DNA of 64,000 nt from a virus: positions 96,001-160,000 of the IMG/VR virus record IMGVR_UViG_3300003690_000002; one strand, 5' to 3'. Positions 30,942-41,671 of this stretch are shown here, in pieces. The notes under the pieces are model-generated. The model saw only the letters and a program-made list of their open reading frames with translations, made no database searches and was not told where the DNA came from. The position numbers and the translations under genes were made by a program. Each line of letters opens with the position of its first letter. Position 1 is the first letter of the stretch.

Positions 30942-32024
30942 TTGATTGACTTTCCTGATACTTTGCCCCAAACAGATGCGTTATAAAGCAAATGGTCCTC
31001 GACGCTGAAAAACTCGGTTTCTCCGGTAATCTCGCTCCAATTGTTTAGCAAGTCCTCGTCGTTGACGTCTTTGTAAGAATCGTCTTCCCAATCCTCAAGT
31101 GCGCCACGCGCCCATGCAGCAAGTTGCTTTCGCGCACCGTCTTCGGTTGTGTGGATGGAAATGTCTTGACCGTGTTTGTGGTCCCATTGAGCGACATACA
31201 CGGTTTCAGATGTTTTTGATTTTGGAATTACTGGCATGTTAATTATCCTCCGCGCAACCATTGGCGCATTGTTGTAAGACCAAAGTAGGATAGCCCATGC
31301 CATCGGAAGCATAGTGATTGCGTACCGAAGCACCAATCAATCCACAGGCGTCACATACACCAATGCCATGCTCTGGGGGGCAATCCTCTGCCATAAAATG
31401 CTGGAAACGCTCAGACCTAAGCTTATTCGCAGCTTCACGGTTGTCATACGATGACGCTAACTCGTAACAGCCTTCCGCAACAGCAACAGCAATCGAGGGC
31501 ATGCCATTGGCAATTGCCTGAGTGGTGTTATAGGCAACACGCATCGTTGGCGTAACTTCGCGCCCATCCTGCAAGACTACGCGAGCTTCTTTCATCCAAG
31601 AACGTGCTGCACTGATGCGACGACCAGAACGAGCTTCAGCAACGACGGTTGCAGAGGGAGCGGGGAAAGCGGTTGTCATGTGATTAAGTCCTTTTGCCAT
31701 TGTTTCTATATACATTATCTCATAAAAACAAGGATTTGTCAAGGATAAAGTGAAAAATTTTTTCGATTCGTGATTTCGATATTAACTACATGCGGTGGGG
31801 TGCGACCAGTTTTCGTATTGCCAGTCGGAAATGAGTTCGTCTTTGCAAAGAGAATCGGTCCAGTTATTCCACGCTTCGCTACGGGCTGGAATGTCTTTGA
31901 TACCGTCTTGTTCAAACTCTTTTTGAACTTGCGGAAGAATATTCTCGTTGAATTGTTCGACTGCTTCTTTCCAAGTAATTACGCTATAAAGATTGTTTGC
32001 CATATATTTTAACCCTTCTTCTTC

Positions 32025-32059
32025 AAAAAAAATGTGCGAGGTTCCCAACTTCCTCGCAC
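32025..32059 (-). terminator. Intrinsic terminator
   Basis: GTGCGAGG-N10-CCTCGCAC-A-T8. Confidence 0.8.
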
Positions 32060-32460
32060 TAAACACGACCTAAACGCTTACGCAACGACCTGACTAGTCG
32101 CAACCGGCATGCCACCCATTCGCTCCAACAGGACGCGCATTACAAGGTGCCCGGTGATTTAGACTAGCCAATCTCGCTCGTGTCTCCCACGAAAAGAAAA
32201 TCCGCATGGTCGGCATGAGCCTTTCGAACAACGACCTTGCGAATTTTTAAGAAAACCCGCGAGGTCGGCATGAGCCTTTCATCCGTAATGGGAGTTGCAC
32301 CCATGCAGCAGGATACCACTCCCGCCGATTCTGCTCTGACTAAATAACGAGGTATCAGCCCGGTTTAGTCCTACGGCATATATTCTGAACATGCCAGTTT
32401 GGTACTCGCGGATTTTCAAAGAGCGAATCAAGAAATCGTTGATTTCTTTCTCCACTGTAT
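32025..32460 (-). ncRNA. Candidate structured non-coding RNA of about 430 nt with its own promoter and terminator
   Basis: Promoter 32465-32493; intrinsic terminator 32025-32059; no ORF of 60 aa or more; two 32-nt direct repeats; multiple G:U-containing helices on the minus strand. Confidence 0.6.
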
Positions 32461-32861
32461 ATATATTATCTCATAAATTTAAGAATTTGTCAATACTTTT
32501 TATTCTTTTTTTAATTCTTAAAAACAAGGAGTAAAAGAGCGAAGAAATACAGCAAACCCGATATTGCGCTAGCATACAAAATATCTTTTGTGAACCTGTT
32601 CATTTCTTTTGGGCTCTCTTTTATGACTTGCTTCCAACGCAAACAATTTCTGAATCTGTTTCAATCCAGACTCTTGCACCACAAGATAATGGTTTATCTG
32701 GTGAGTATATTACCTTACATGGTCCCATAATGATCGCTTCGTGGCAATAATCATTTGACTTATAAGTTTTGACCGCTATTACAGGCTCTCGTTCCCCAGT
32801 CTTATGATTGCGTCGAATTATATGTTGATTTATATGAACTTTCTTTTTCAAAACTGTCTCC

Positions 32862-32948
32862 TGGTGCCATCGGAGGGACTCGAACCCTCACATCCATACG
32901 GATAACGGATTTTAAGTCCGTTGTGTCTGCCAATTCCACCACGATAGC
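32862..32948 (-). tRNA. trnL: tRNA-Leu(UAA), 87 nt, CCA encoded
   Basis: Acceptor GCTATCG/CGATGGC-A-CCA; anticodon arm ACGGA-CTTAAAA-TCCGT; long variable arm; T-loop GTTCGAGTC. Confidence 0.96.
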
Positions 32949-33174
32949 AAAAAACCTCTACCATTCGTCTTCATTCTTTATTACAGAAAATGTATCAAAG
33001 ACATCAACGTTTTTCACAGAATCTTTTTCGTGTTGAGTGATTGCCTCGGTAAGTTTTGTGGTAAGTTCGTTGATTACATAAATTCGATTTGGCACAAGCC
33101 TCAAATCGAGGTGCGCACCATTGTCACTGCGCCAACTAAGCACTTCCTCAATGATTTGTCTAATTTTCTTTTGA

Positions 33175-34413
33175 TTAACCATCAATAGCAATAATCCTTT
33201 CGCTAGTTTGGAAATAAGGGCGATGAGCGTAATATTTTGTTGTCATCCACATTCGTTGACATTTAGAAGCTTTAGGCTTTGGAGCCATCAAGTCTGTCAA
33301 AATAATGTGACCATCAAAACCATGCTTGTTCACATATTCGGTAGGAGCATCGAAGCATGTTCCACCATGCATGACACGTTCAGTTTTGTGATTCTGCCCC
33401 TTTTTCCACTCGTAAATAAGCGATTCCTCAACTCGGGTATCGAAAGGAACAACAGTAAACGAAGCGAGTTTAGAAAGCTTGCTCAACTCGCTAAAAAACG
33501 ATGCGAGCATATCATCCCCTACAGAACCACTTTGGTCAATGCTGATTGCAATACGGGCAACACGCTTAACCTTCTTACCAGGATGAATGTAACGATATCG
33601 TTTATTGATTCGCTTTACTGTGCTAGATTTGTTCGAGCGCGTAGAAGTTTTTACAAAGTATCGAAGTACTTTGCGCCAATCAATATGGGTTTGAATTCGT
33701 TCAAGAATCTCTCTTCGACACGAAGCAGGCACGGTACCCCAATTAGATGCGTTTTGAGCCTCTTGTGCTGCCTTTTTTACAAAGTCCTTAATACGTTCCT
33801 TAGCAATCTCGCCCGTTGTAGAATCGACTTTGCCCCAACCTTCGTGAGAGTCGAACTGTTCACTGGAATCGTTATTGCTACTGCTGCTAGATCCGTTTTC
33901 ACCGTCACCACTGTCACCAGATTTATTTTCTTCTCCATCGTTACGTTTTTGTCCTTTGTTCTTCTTTTCGAACTGTTCATCTTTTTTCAAACGCTTAAGA
34001 TAAGCTTCTGCGCTTAGACCGACTGGGTATTCCTCAAATCGATCAACACCTGGCACAAGACAACCATCAGGCAATTCGCCAATCAAATGCGAATTAATAG
34101 CAAGGTCTGTTGCAAAGTTCCAAATTGTATGATTGACTGCATCTGGTTTTCGAGAAGTGACATGTTCAAAAATCAAATGATAAAACTCATGTTTGAGTAC
34201 CCCAAGACGTTGAACATCAGAAAGTTTTTCAAAAAACTCTGGATTGTACAACATTTCAAAATGTGCTGTCTCGGGATTAACTCGTACTCCCGCAGTTGGA
34301 ATTGTAGTAGTAGCACGCTTGTTAATACGACGAGACAATGAAGCAAAAAACGGCTCTTGCATAAGCAATCGCGCCGTGTGTATGTTCAAATCGAAATTAC
34401 TAGTTTTACTCAT
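33175..34413 (-). CDS. HExxH metallopeptidase-like (DUF2201-type) + vWA domain protein
   Basis: VLKHEFYH; DLAIN; ISIDQSGS; GGT; ILTD; partner of the adjacent MoxR ATPase. Confidence 0.85.
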   Translation of the reverse strand: MSKTSNFDLNIHTARLLMQEPFFASLSRRINKRATTTIPTAGVRVNPETAHFEMLYNPEFFEKLSDVQRLGVLKHEFYHLIFEHVTSRKPDAVNHTIWNFATDLAINSHLIGELPDGCLVPGVDRFEEYPVGLSAEAYLKRLKKDEQFEKKNKGQKRNDGEENKSGDSGDGENGSSSSSNNDSSEQFDSHEGWGKVDSTTGEIAKERIKDFVKKAAQEAQNASNWGTVPASCRREILERIQTHIDWRKVLRYFVKTSTRSNKSSTVKRINKRYRYIHPGKKVKRVARIAISIDQSGSVGDDMLASFFSELSKLSKLASFTVVPFDTRVEESLIYEWKKGQNHKTERVMHGGTCFDAPTEYVNKHGFDGHIILTDLMAPKPKASKCQRMWMTTKYYAHRPYFQTSERIIAIDG

Positions 34414-34468
34414 GTCTTAATTATCTCAAATTTAGGCGAGTTTGTCAAGTATATTTTAAACTATAATT

Positions 34469-34498
34469 AAAAAAGAGAGGGGATCTCTCCCCTCTCTT
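34469..34498 (-). terminator. Intrinsic terminator after the MoxR gene
   Basis: 11-bp stem AAGAGAGGGGA/TCCCCTCTCTT followed by a T-run on minus. Confidence 0.8.
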
Positions 34499-34507
34499 GC
34501 GAAGCTG

Positions 34508-35596
34508 TTATTCCTCGTCTTCAGAGGAATTTCCGGTTAGAATTTGAACTAGGTAGTCAGATACTCGAATTCCATCCGTTGCTTTTGCTTGGTGGAGTGA
34601 AGTGGTATTCTCAAGATCCCCAGCACCCAAAACCGTCCACAGTTTCATAGCAACTTCAGAAGGAAGTGTTACAAAATAATTTGATAGATTTTGAATTTGC
34701 TCATCAGACAATTTTTCTTTAAAAATTTCTTTGGCTTCCATTTTTTCAACTAACGCACTATGCGCATTGATATCAAAATCAGATGTTTTTTCAAGCTTTC
34801 CTTCGTCAATGACTTCTTCAACAGTAACTTGATGCTCATAATTAGCGACAAAATCGTTAAATGCCACTGCTGCTTCAAAACCGACATAAGCAGTTGAAAG
34901 ATTGAAAAGCGTGGACGAAGCTTCAGCTAGCAAATCAGCCCTTGCAAGACAGTCATTGAGCCGTTTCCAAGAACGTCGCGAAGGATATACTTTGTTTGGC
35001 TCATAATCGCCATCGTGCTCCAAATGATTACGATTTTGATTAATGAAATCCCAAATCAAAGAATCAACATTTTCTTTACCCCAAGACAACCAATCTTCAA
35101 TTGATGGCTCAACATCAAATACAACATAGCGGTCAAGTTCCGCAGGGTCCATTTCGTTAACTTGATATTGATCACCATGCTCGCCGCCATTAATGGCAGC
35201 AAAAAGGATCGTATCAGGATGAAGATAGTGACCATTCAATTTGCGAGAATCAGTAAGTTCAAAGATACCTTGTCGAACTTCTGTTGTTGCTCGGTCGACT
35301 TCGTCTAGAAAAAGAACAACCGGTTCCGTACATGCTGTTACAAACCAATCCGGGGGATTAAATGCAGTAGCTTGCGTACCATTAATATCAACGCCTTCAG
35401 GGCGAGGTAGACCAACTAGATCACCTTCTGTCATTTGACTGGCACGGCGTTCGACAACAGGGATTTGTGCCTCGTTGGCGAATTGATATACAACCTCAGA
35501 TTTACCAACCCCGTGACGACCGCGAATCATTACTGGTTTACGATCATCAACAACAAAGGAGACACACTCAAGAAACGTTTTGAAATCAATTGCCAT
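34508..35596 (-). CDS. MoxR-family AAA+ ATPase
   Basis: GRHGVGKS; EGDLVGLP; LFLDEVDRA; AAIN; MDPAELDR; PSRRSW. Confidence 0.88.
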   Translation of the reverse strand: MAIDFKTFLECVSFVVDDRKPVMIRGRHGVGKSEVVYQFANEAQIPVVERRASQMTEGDLVGLPRPEGVDINGTQATAFNPPDWFVTACTEPVVLFLDEVDRATTEVRQGIFELTDSRKLNGHYLHPDTILFAAINGGEHGDQYQVNEMDPAELDRYVVFDVEPSIEDWLSWGKENVDSLIWDFINQNRNHLEHDGDYEPNKVYPSRRSWKRLNDCLARADLLAEASSTLFNLSTAYVGFEAAVAFNDFVANYEHQVTVEEVIDEGKLEKTSDFDINAHSALVEKMEAKEIFKEKLSDEQIQNLSNYFVTLPSEVAMKLWTVLGAGDLENTTSLHQAKATDGIRVSDYLVQILTGNSSEDEE

Positions 35597-35678
35597 GTTT
35601 CTATTATCCTTTTTTACTTGTTTCTATATGTATTATCTCATGTATTGATAAGAATGTCAACAACTTTTTTATCTTTTT

Positions 35679-36347
35679 TTACCAGGGAAGTGCTTCAGTT
35701 TTAAGAATGTAGCGACGAATGTAGCTCATGTTATTCGACTTCAACTCTGCGTCAATTTCGCTCAGTGTTGCTTCGTCCGTGCTCTCCAACCAACCGCAAG
35801 GGACTTGCGCGGTGACGAGACGACACGGGATAGTACCGCGAATTTCTACGCGACGTGGGTTGACGGTACTGCGTTCCTTTGAACCGTCCACATTTGCAAC
35901 ACGGAGACATGATGCGTTAGGAACACCAACACCGTTTTCATCAACGATAACGCGCTGTGCATTGATAACGGTCCAGTTCACACTTTCTACCAGTCCCAAA
36001 CCTTTACCATTGTAATAAGTTTCATACTCAACGAGCGCGCCGACACCGATACCGCAACTTTTCAACCAGGTAAGGGCTTTTTCTCGTGCGGTTCGATTTT
36101 TCTGCATAAATACGCCTTGGTCTTGTTTCGCTTCGGAACACGTTTTGCGGTTGTGGCCTTCATTCTCGCAATATCCACAAGTGCGCTTGCTTCGCCGCTG
36201 TTTCTTCTCGAAATAGTTTGTAGCGCGATAATCATCTGGATTCTCATCCAATCGTTTTTGCATTTCTGCTTTAAGTTTAGGACAGCCGCTGCGATTGTGA
36301 CCTTTGTCGTAACAATTTGAACATCTAACCGTTCCATTCCAACTCAT
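35679..36347 (-). CDS. Double zinc-knuckle (CCHC) protein
   Basis: CSNCYDKGHNRSGC and CGYCENEGHNRKTC. Confidence 0.75.
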   Translation of the reverse strand: MSWNGTVRCSNCYDKGHNRSGCPKLKAEMQKRLDENPDDYRATNYFEKKQRRSKRTCGYCENEGHNRKTCSEAKQDQGVFMQKNRTAREKALTWLKSCGIGVGALVEYETYYNGKGLGLVESVNWTVINAQRVIVDENGVGVPNASCLRVANVDGSKERSTVNPRRVEIRGTIPCRLVTAQVPCGWLESTDEATLSEIDAELKSNNMSYIRRYILKTEALPW

Positions 36348-36591
36348 ATTTTCTCCGTGCTTCGAGTTTCTATGTGTATTATCTCATAGATTTGAGGGTT
36401 TGTCAAGAAGTTTTTTATCTTTTCATGCTTTCGAAAGAACTTTTACATTAGTGCGACGGAGCCAAGAAAAGCCAATCAAACGACTATCATATCTAAAAGA
36501 CTTCATCCAGTGAACCTTTATATCAATGCCACGACTTTCTTGAACAATTCCAATTTCTCCACGCCAATTTACAAGGTCGCCAATTCCTGGC

Positions 36592-37230
36592 TTAGAAGGG
36601 GACGTCATTGGAAATCTCTTTTTTCTTTGGCTTTTTGTATGCTTTAAGGTGGCGTTCTTCACATTCAAATGGTTTTGCCAAACCGTAAGGCAAAACTTTG
36701 TATGGCTTCGCGCCCTTAGCTGCACTCTTAATAGTTCCGCCGGTTGAAATAACGACACAGGGTTTGTTACCAACAGTCACTCGATGAGTCCAATCAGCAG
36801 TGGCACGGAACATGACAGTAGAGCCAATTATATATTTTGGCGGAGCGTCATAAACAGCTAATACTTTCTTAGCATATTTATTTTCGCACATTTTTCGCCA
36901 TGCTTTTTCAGAGGGAATAAATTGCACGTCTTCCACGATAGAAGATGCTAGTCTAGTAAAGTATCCGCTTTTCAAATAATATTCTGCACATATGTGAGCA
37001 ATTCGACGCTTTTCGTCGTCGTACCTGTCTATCCATTGCTGGTGTGTGTCTTGCGCTTCTGACGAAAGCTTTTGTGTCTCGATTCTCGTAAGAATATTAA
37101 TTTGCTTCGACGAAAGCTTTCCTCGCCTATTAAATTGTGTCTGTAGGCTCTCTAAGAATCCGCGTTCCCAATCAGAAAGAAGCTCGGGTTTCGCAATTGC
37201 GTTTGTCAATCTTTCGGACGTGTTGCTCAT
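36592..37230 (-). CDS. Hypothetical early protein
   Basis: 212-aa ORF directly behind promoter 37257-37285 with SD GGAG. Confidence 0.7.
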   Translation of the reverse strand: MSNTSERLTNAIAKPELLSDWERGFLESLQTQFNRRGKLSSKQINILTRIETQKLSSEAQDTHQQWIDRYDDEKRRIAHICAEYYLKSGYFTRLASSIVEDVQFIPSEKAWRKMCENKYAKKVLAVYDAPPKYIIGSTVMFRATADWTHRVTVGNKPCVVISTGGTIKSAAKGAKPYKVLPYGLAKPFECEERHLKAYKKPKKKEISNDVPF

Positions 37231-37291
37231 GGAATCTCCACCCTTTGTTCACTATAATTATCTCACAGATAAAAGAAAATGTCAAGCTTTT

Positions 37292-39576
37292 TTAAAGTTT
37301 TTTTAATGTGGTGGTGACTCTTTCTTTAAGAGTGCCATCATTTAATAAGATTGTTGCAATTTGATATGGAAATTGTAATGTTGGTTCACTAAGTTTTATT
37401 ATTACTGCTGTGTGACCTAAATAACTAACCAAGTTACCGACTTTCATTTATTACCTCAAGGTCGGAGCGACACGAAGAGCTTGTGCGACCAACATGAAAC
37501 CAGTAGACGTAGTACGTTGTGCACCCGTCGTCGAAGAAGCAACTGCCCGCTTTGCCTAGACGAGTGATCACCCCGGTTCGTTCGCCTACAACATCATCGT
37601 CGTGGTCGCCAATTACGTCTTCTTTATTACGTGATTGTACTAAATCACCAACTTTCATTTATACTTTCTTTCCTTTCTTTTTCTTCTTTGTTTTTCTTTT
37701 TGGAGCCTTAATTCCCAAAAAAGAAGTAGCTTTTTCCCAATCTAGGATTGCAAACTTATCAAATCCATCTTTTTTTATTTCCTCTATAAGATGATCCTTT
37801 ACAATGCCATCCCAGTTTTTTTGCGGGTCTTTATAAATGACTATAAAAGGAAATTTCATATGTCGTAATATCACGCTCATTTATCACCGACTTTCACTGA
37901 TAACCTCACACTTCTCTTCAATGTACTGTTTAGTAAACCACTGAATTCTTTGGTTAGGACATAAAACACCATACGGTGTACGACGTCTACGGTCTTTAAT
38001 CTTTACTATCAAACCCACTTCAGGGAACTCAGATTCTTTAATTAAATCACCGATTTTCACTAATCACCTCCAAAAAATTACCGCACATCCAGTTAATTTC
38101 ACCGTCTAAGAAACAAACTTGGAACGGATAATCACGTCCTTTTGCGCGCTGTTCATAATCCACTTTGAGCACAATCCCCATTTCTGGTTTACGATTCATT
38201 CGTGTCTTTTCCCTAACCAAGTCACCGACTTTCATTGATTATCTCGACAAGTTCTCTGGGCCATTTGCGAGTTTCACCTTCGGTGTGCACCTGGATCCAA
38301 TCCCGGTATCCAGATTCAATAACGAGTCCTATTTTATTGTTGCCACTGTTTTTGACTAGATCACCGGCTCTGAAAATATCATTGCCTCTTTCTTCTTCAT
38401 CATCGCGGCGATGTGCTTCTTCAACTTCGCGTTGTGAAGTTGCGTACCGCTCGTTTGCTTGGAGTTCCTTACAATTAGGACCCCAGCCTGGTGGTGCTCC
38501 CATTATTTTTCTCCTATTCGCACCTACTGATAAGGTCCGCTTCATTCCACCACACAGTGCCACGTTTACCATTGTCGACCCAAATCACATCAAAGCATGA
38601 ATCATCAACCTGTGATGCCTCCCAAATTTGTATAACAATGCCTAGTGTGCCATGTTTTTTAAATTTTATCAAATCACCGACTTTCATTGGCTTCTCTCAG
38701 CACCTTGAGTCTAAATTTTTGGATAAAATATCGCTCGCCTCGGTGTAATATCCATATGTCACTCGAAGTCCCGCCCTCGGCTACAATTAAGACCGGTGCG
38801 CGTGTCTGATATAATTCGCGCACCCAACTTGGCGCGCCCGTTGAAAGATTGCGAACTATCGCTAAGTCACCGGGCTTCATTAACTGCCTCAATGCATGGT
38901 ATACCAGCAGGCAATTCGCCTGAAACGACTCCACCATGCTTGGCGCAAACTAATGAAATTCTTTCCACGGGGACATATCCATAAACTGTGTTGGTTGGCT
39001 CATCTTCGTCCTCTGCCCATTTCAACAGCAAAGGTTCGAAGTGTGACGGAAATCCGACCTCGACCATGGTATATCTAGGGGCATTGTCAACTCGTGGGCT
39101 ACAGTATGCGCCATGATTTGCCTGTACGCTCATTGCAAATCCATCCTTACAGATAATTTGTTCGTTTATTAGTTTCATTCGCTTATGATCTCGACACACG
39201 TTCTCTTTATCGCCACGGACGAGAAAAGATTATCAACAGAAGCCACCATTACATATTCATATTGTTTTGGGTGGCACACTATGGAATCATTACATAAACC
39301 TGTAATAATAAATAATTTCTTTCTCGCTGGTTTTATCTTTACTAAATTTCCGATTTTCACTTATTTTGTCACGCTATTAACTATTTCTAAATCGTCAATA
39401 TGTTCGTTGTGGATTACGTTGTCTGACCATTTTACTCTAATCCATTTGCGACCGCAAATTTTAATCACCAAACCCGTCATATCTTGAAGCCCATGATCTG
39501 CGCCACATTGGGACGTATCCCATTTAATAATATGTGATACTAAATCGCCAACTTTTATTCTATTTTGCAATCGCAT
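37292..39576 (-). CDS. Array 2 of KOW/SH3-like small proteins with interspersed unrelated small genes
   Basis: Includes sub-60-aa members translated by hand: 37292-37447 MKVGNLVSY, 37884-38060 (GTG)KIGDLIKE, 38514-38687 MKVGDLIKF; plus 37434, 38047, 38222, 38674, 39175, 39361. Confidence 0.8.
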
Positions 39577-39772
39577 AAACCTTCTTCAATTAGATATTTG
39601 GCAGTGCGTCCATAATGACCTTGCAATTGCCACGCTAAACCAGAATTAATCAATTCTTGAAAGAATTGAATTGTTTCGTCTTCATTCATTGTGCCATTTT
39701 CGTAACGAATAATCTTATCAACCATATTTATATCCTTTGAATCCATAGTGCTTATATCATAACATATAAGAA

Positions 39773-40258
39773 CTAGTCTGTCAAGCCTTTCGTAATAAAG
39801 ACTGACCATGTTGGGTAAGTATTTGCCGCGCCAGAAGAAAAGAAATCATCCAGCTTGCATTCGCGCAGCGCACCATTCTTCAAATTAAGAAAGATAAACT
39901 TGAATTTATCTTTTAATGTCTCCGCATTATGTTTCTCTGAGCCTGTCAAAGTGAATCCTAATCCAGACCAGTTCTCCTTGACAAGCGACTTCCTTTTCCT
40001 ACCAGCAGTTTTCAGTTCAAAAAGTGTAATGTTTTCAACTGCTTCTACCAATTGGTCTGGATTGTTAATTGTCTCTGCGTCAGATTCTTTAATCAAATCA
40101 AAGCCTTTCACTCGTATTTCTTTTCCTACTTGCGCGTAGGCTTCGACAAGATTCTTTCTTTGTTGTGGGGTGGGACGAACAAAACCATGTTGGCGCATTG
40201 TTGACCATGAGTCTCTCTCGCTCTGTTTTCCCATGTTGTAGCTTTTAGCGTTGTTCAT
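39773..40258 (-). CDS. Putative PD-(D/E)xK nuclease-fold protein
   Basis: KGFDLI ... TLFELKT; start MNNAKSY at 40258. Confidence 0.5.
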   Translation of the reverse strand: MNNAKSYNMGKQSERDSWSTMRQHGFVRPTPQQRKNLVEAYAQVGKEIRVKGFDLIKESDAETINNPDQLVEAVENITLFELKTAGRKRKSLVKENWSGLGFTLTGSEKHNAETLKDKFKFIFLNLKNGALRECKLDDFFSSGAANTYPTWSVFITKGLTD

Positions 40259-40284
40259 TGCTATTCCTTTAAAGTTGTAGATTA

Positions 40285-40430
40285 TCAATGTTGAAGGAAA
40301 GTGCCGCGATTCTCGGTGCGTCACATCCCCAGGTTCCTTTTAATTAGCGAATGCTCTTCTTCAAGAGAACCATTGAAGTTTTACCCTTATAATCCCTATG
40401 TAATGTTATTTTACTTTCCTTCAACATTGA
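40285..40430. repeat. 146-bp element bounded by a perfect 18-bp inverted repeat
   Basis: TCAATGTTGAAGGAAAGT (40285-40302) and ACTTTCCTTCAACATTGA (40413-40430); intergenic. Confidence 0.9.
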
Positions 40431-41006
40431 CGCTATTTTGCAAGACTTGCTAAAATCTTGTCTGAATGCCATTTAATTGTACCAGGTTTACATGTAATTT
40501 TTTGCAATTTATTATTTACAAACACCGTTAACTCATTGCGACCAACAGCCGTAACAATAGCGTGCTTTTTATTAACTATAATCAAACTTCCAACTGGTGG
40601 CAAGCCTTTTTCTGTTAAGGAGCCGGGATCTTCAATTTGGAAAAAAGGACGTTTCTGCCCTGGAACCATGTAAAGTCCCCTTTTTTCATCTAGCACTAAT
40701 TTAGTGGTTTTAGGCTTACCATTCAGAGAAGAATATTGTTCGCCCTCAACATGCCATTGATTACCTTTCTTTATTGCTTTGGAAACCTTAAATACAATTG
40801 TTCTGTATTTTGGATATGTACGATAAACTTCAAGCTCGCCTTGAGTATTCATCACCGCTTCTTCACGAGCCTTAGTTTTGCCACGTCCTAAACCAAAACA
40901 CCACTTTTTTAAAAGAAAGTCATTGGGTTTCATAATATTTTCCTTTGTAAGAATTTTAAAGAATTAATTAATGATAGCATTCTTTTTTTAGAATGTCAAG
41001 CGTTTT

Positions 41007-41501
41007 CTAGAAATAATACATAAATGATATATTGGGAATTGGAAGCACATAAAATCCTTTATTGCCAACTACGAATGAAATTGGAAATTCCATAGAAGCG
41101 CCCAAACCATTTCCAAATTTCCACATAACACCAATGCCGGGACCAAAAATAAAGTATTTTTCACTCTTTTTGAATGGTCCTGGGGAATAATATAAAATAC
41201 TAGTCCCTGCTGTAACGTATGCTTCAGCCCATCTCTTTTCGTGAATAGTGATAAAAAAAGTTGTACCTCCGACAAAAAGCGCTTTATCTCCATCATAATA
41301 TGGCATAGCGCTTGCTTGAATCCCAAATGTTTGGGAAAATTTATATTTAAATGTTAAGCCTGCACCATGAGTTGGTCCAACAGCAATACCAATGCCAAAC
41401 CTATCTGGACAGTAATTTGGGGCACATTGATCATATGCGTATACATGTGCGGTCGATGCAAAAAATATAATTGCTATCAAAATATATATGTTTACTTTCA
41501 T
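41007..41501 (-). CDS. Signal-peptide protein, outer-membrane beta-barrel-like
   Basis: Signal ending AHVYA; alternating Gly/aromatic strands; terminal Phe. Confidence 0.55.
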   Translation of the reverse strand: MKVNIYILIAIIFFASTAHVYAYDQCAPNYCPDRFGIGIAVGPTHGAGLTFKYKFSQTFGIQASAMPYYDGDKALFVGGTTFFITIHEKRWAEAYVTAGTSILYYSPGPFKKSEKYFIFGPGIGVMWKFGNGLGASMEFPISFVVGNKGFYVLPIPNISFMYYF

Positions 41502-41671
41502 TTTTCTTCTTTCTTGGAATTAATTATTTAGTTGCGACTTTAACGGCGATAGCATTGTATGCCGCTTTTGAAGCGCCAATAACAATATCACCAAAGAAAT
41601 GTCCTAAAAGAAATATTGCAATAATTACAATAAAATTTTTCATTTTAATAACCTCAAACCTTTTTATTTTT

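Larger units (their letters stand above)
28117..37285 (-). promoter_or_regulatory. Seven near-identical early sigma70-type promoters TTGACA-N14-TGA-GATAAT
   Basis: Copies at 28117-28145, 31714-31742, 32465-32493, 34420-34448, 35632-35660, 36378-36406, 37257-37285; all with a 17-nt spacer; related TTGAC(A/T)-N17 promoters at 39756, 40971, 41906, 43757, 54896. Confidence 0.85.

Noticed and set aside
32281-32320. Second tRNA gene
   Set aside because: Only a T-arm-like hairpin is present; no matching acceptor, D or anticodon arms. Treated as part of the candidate ncRNA.
40285-40430. Bona fide insertion sequence or retron
   Set aside because: No transposase, target-site duplication or reverse transcriptase visible; kept only as an unexplained inverted-repeat element.
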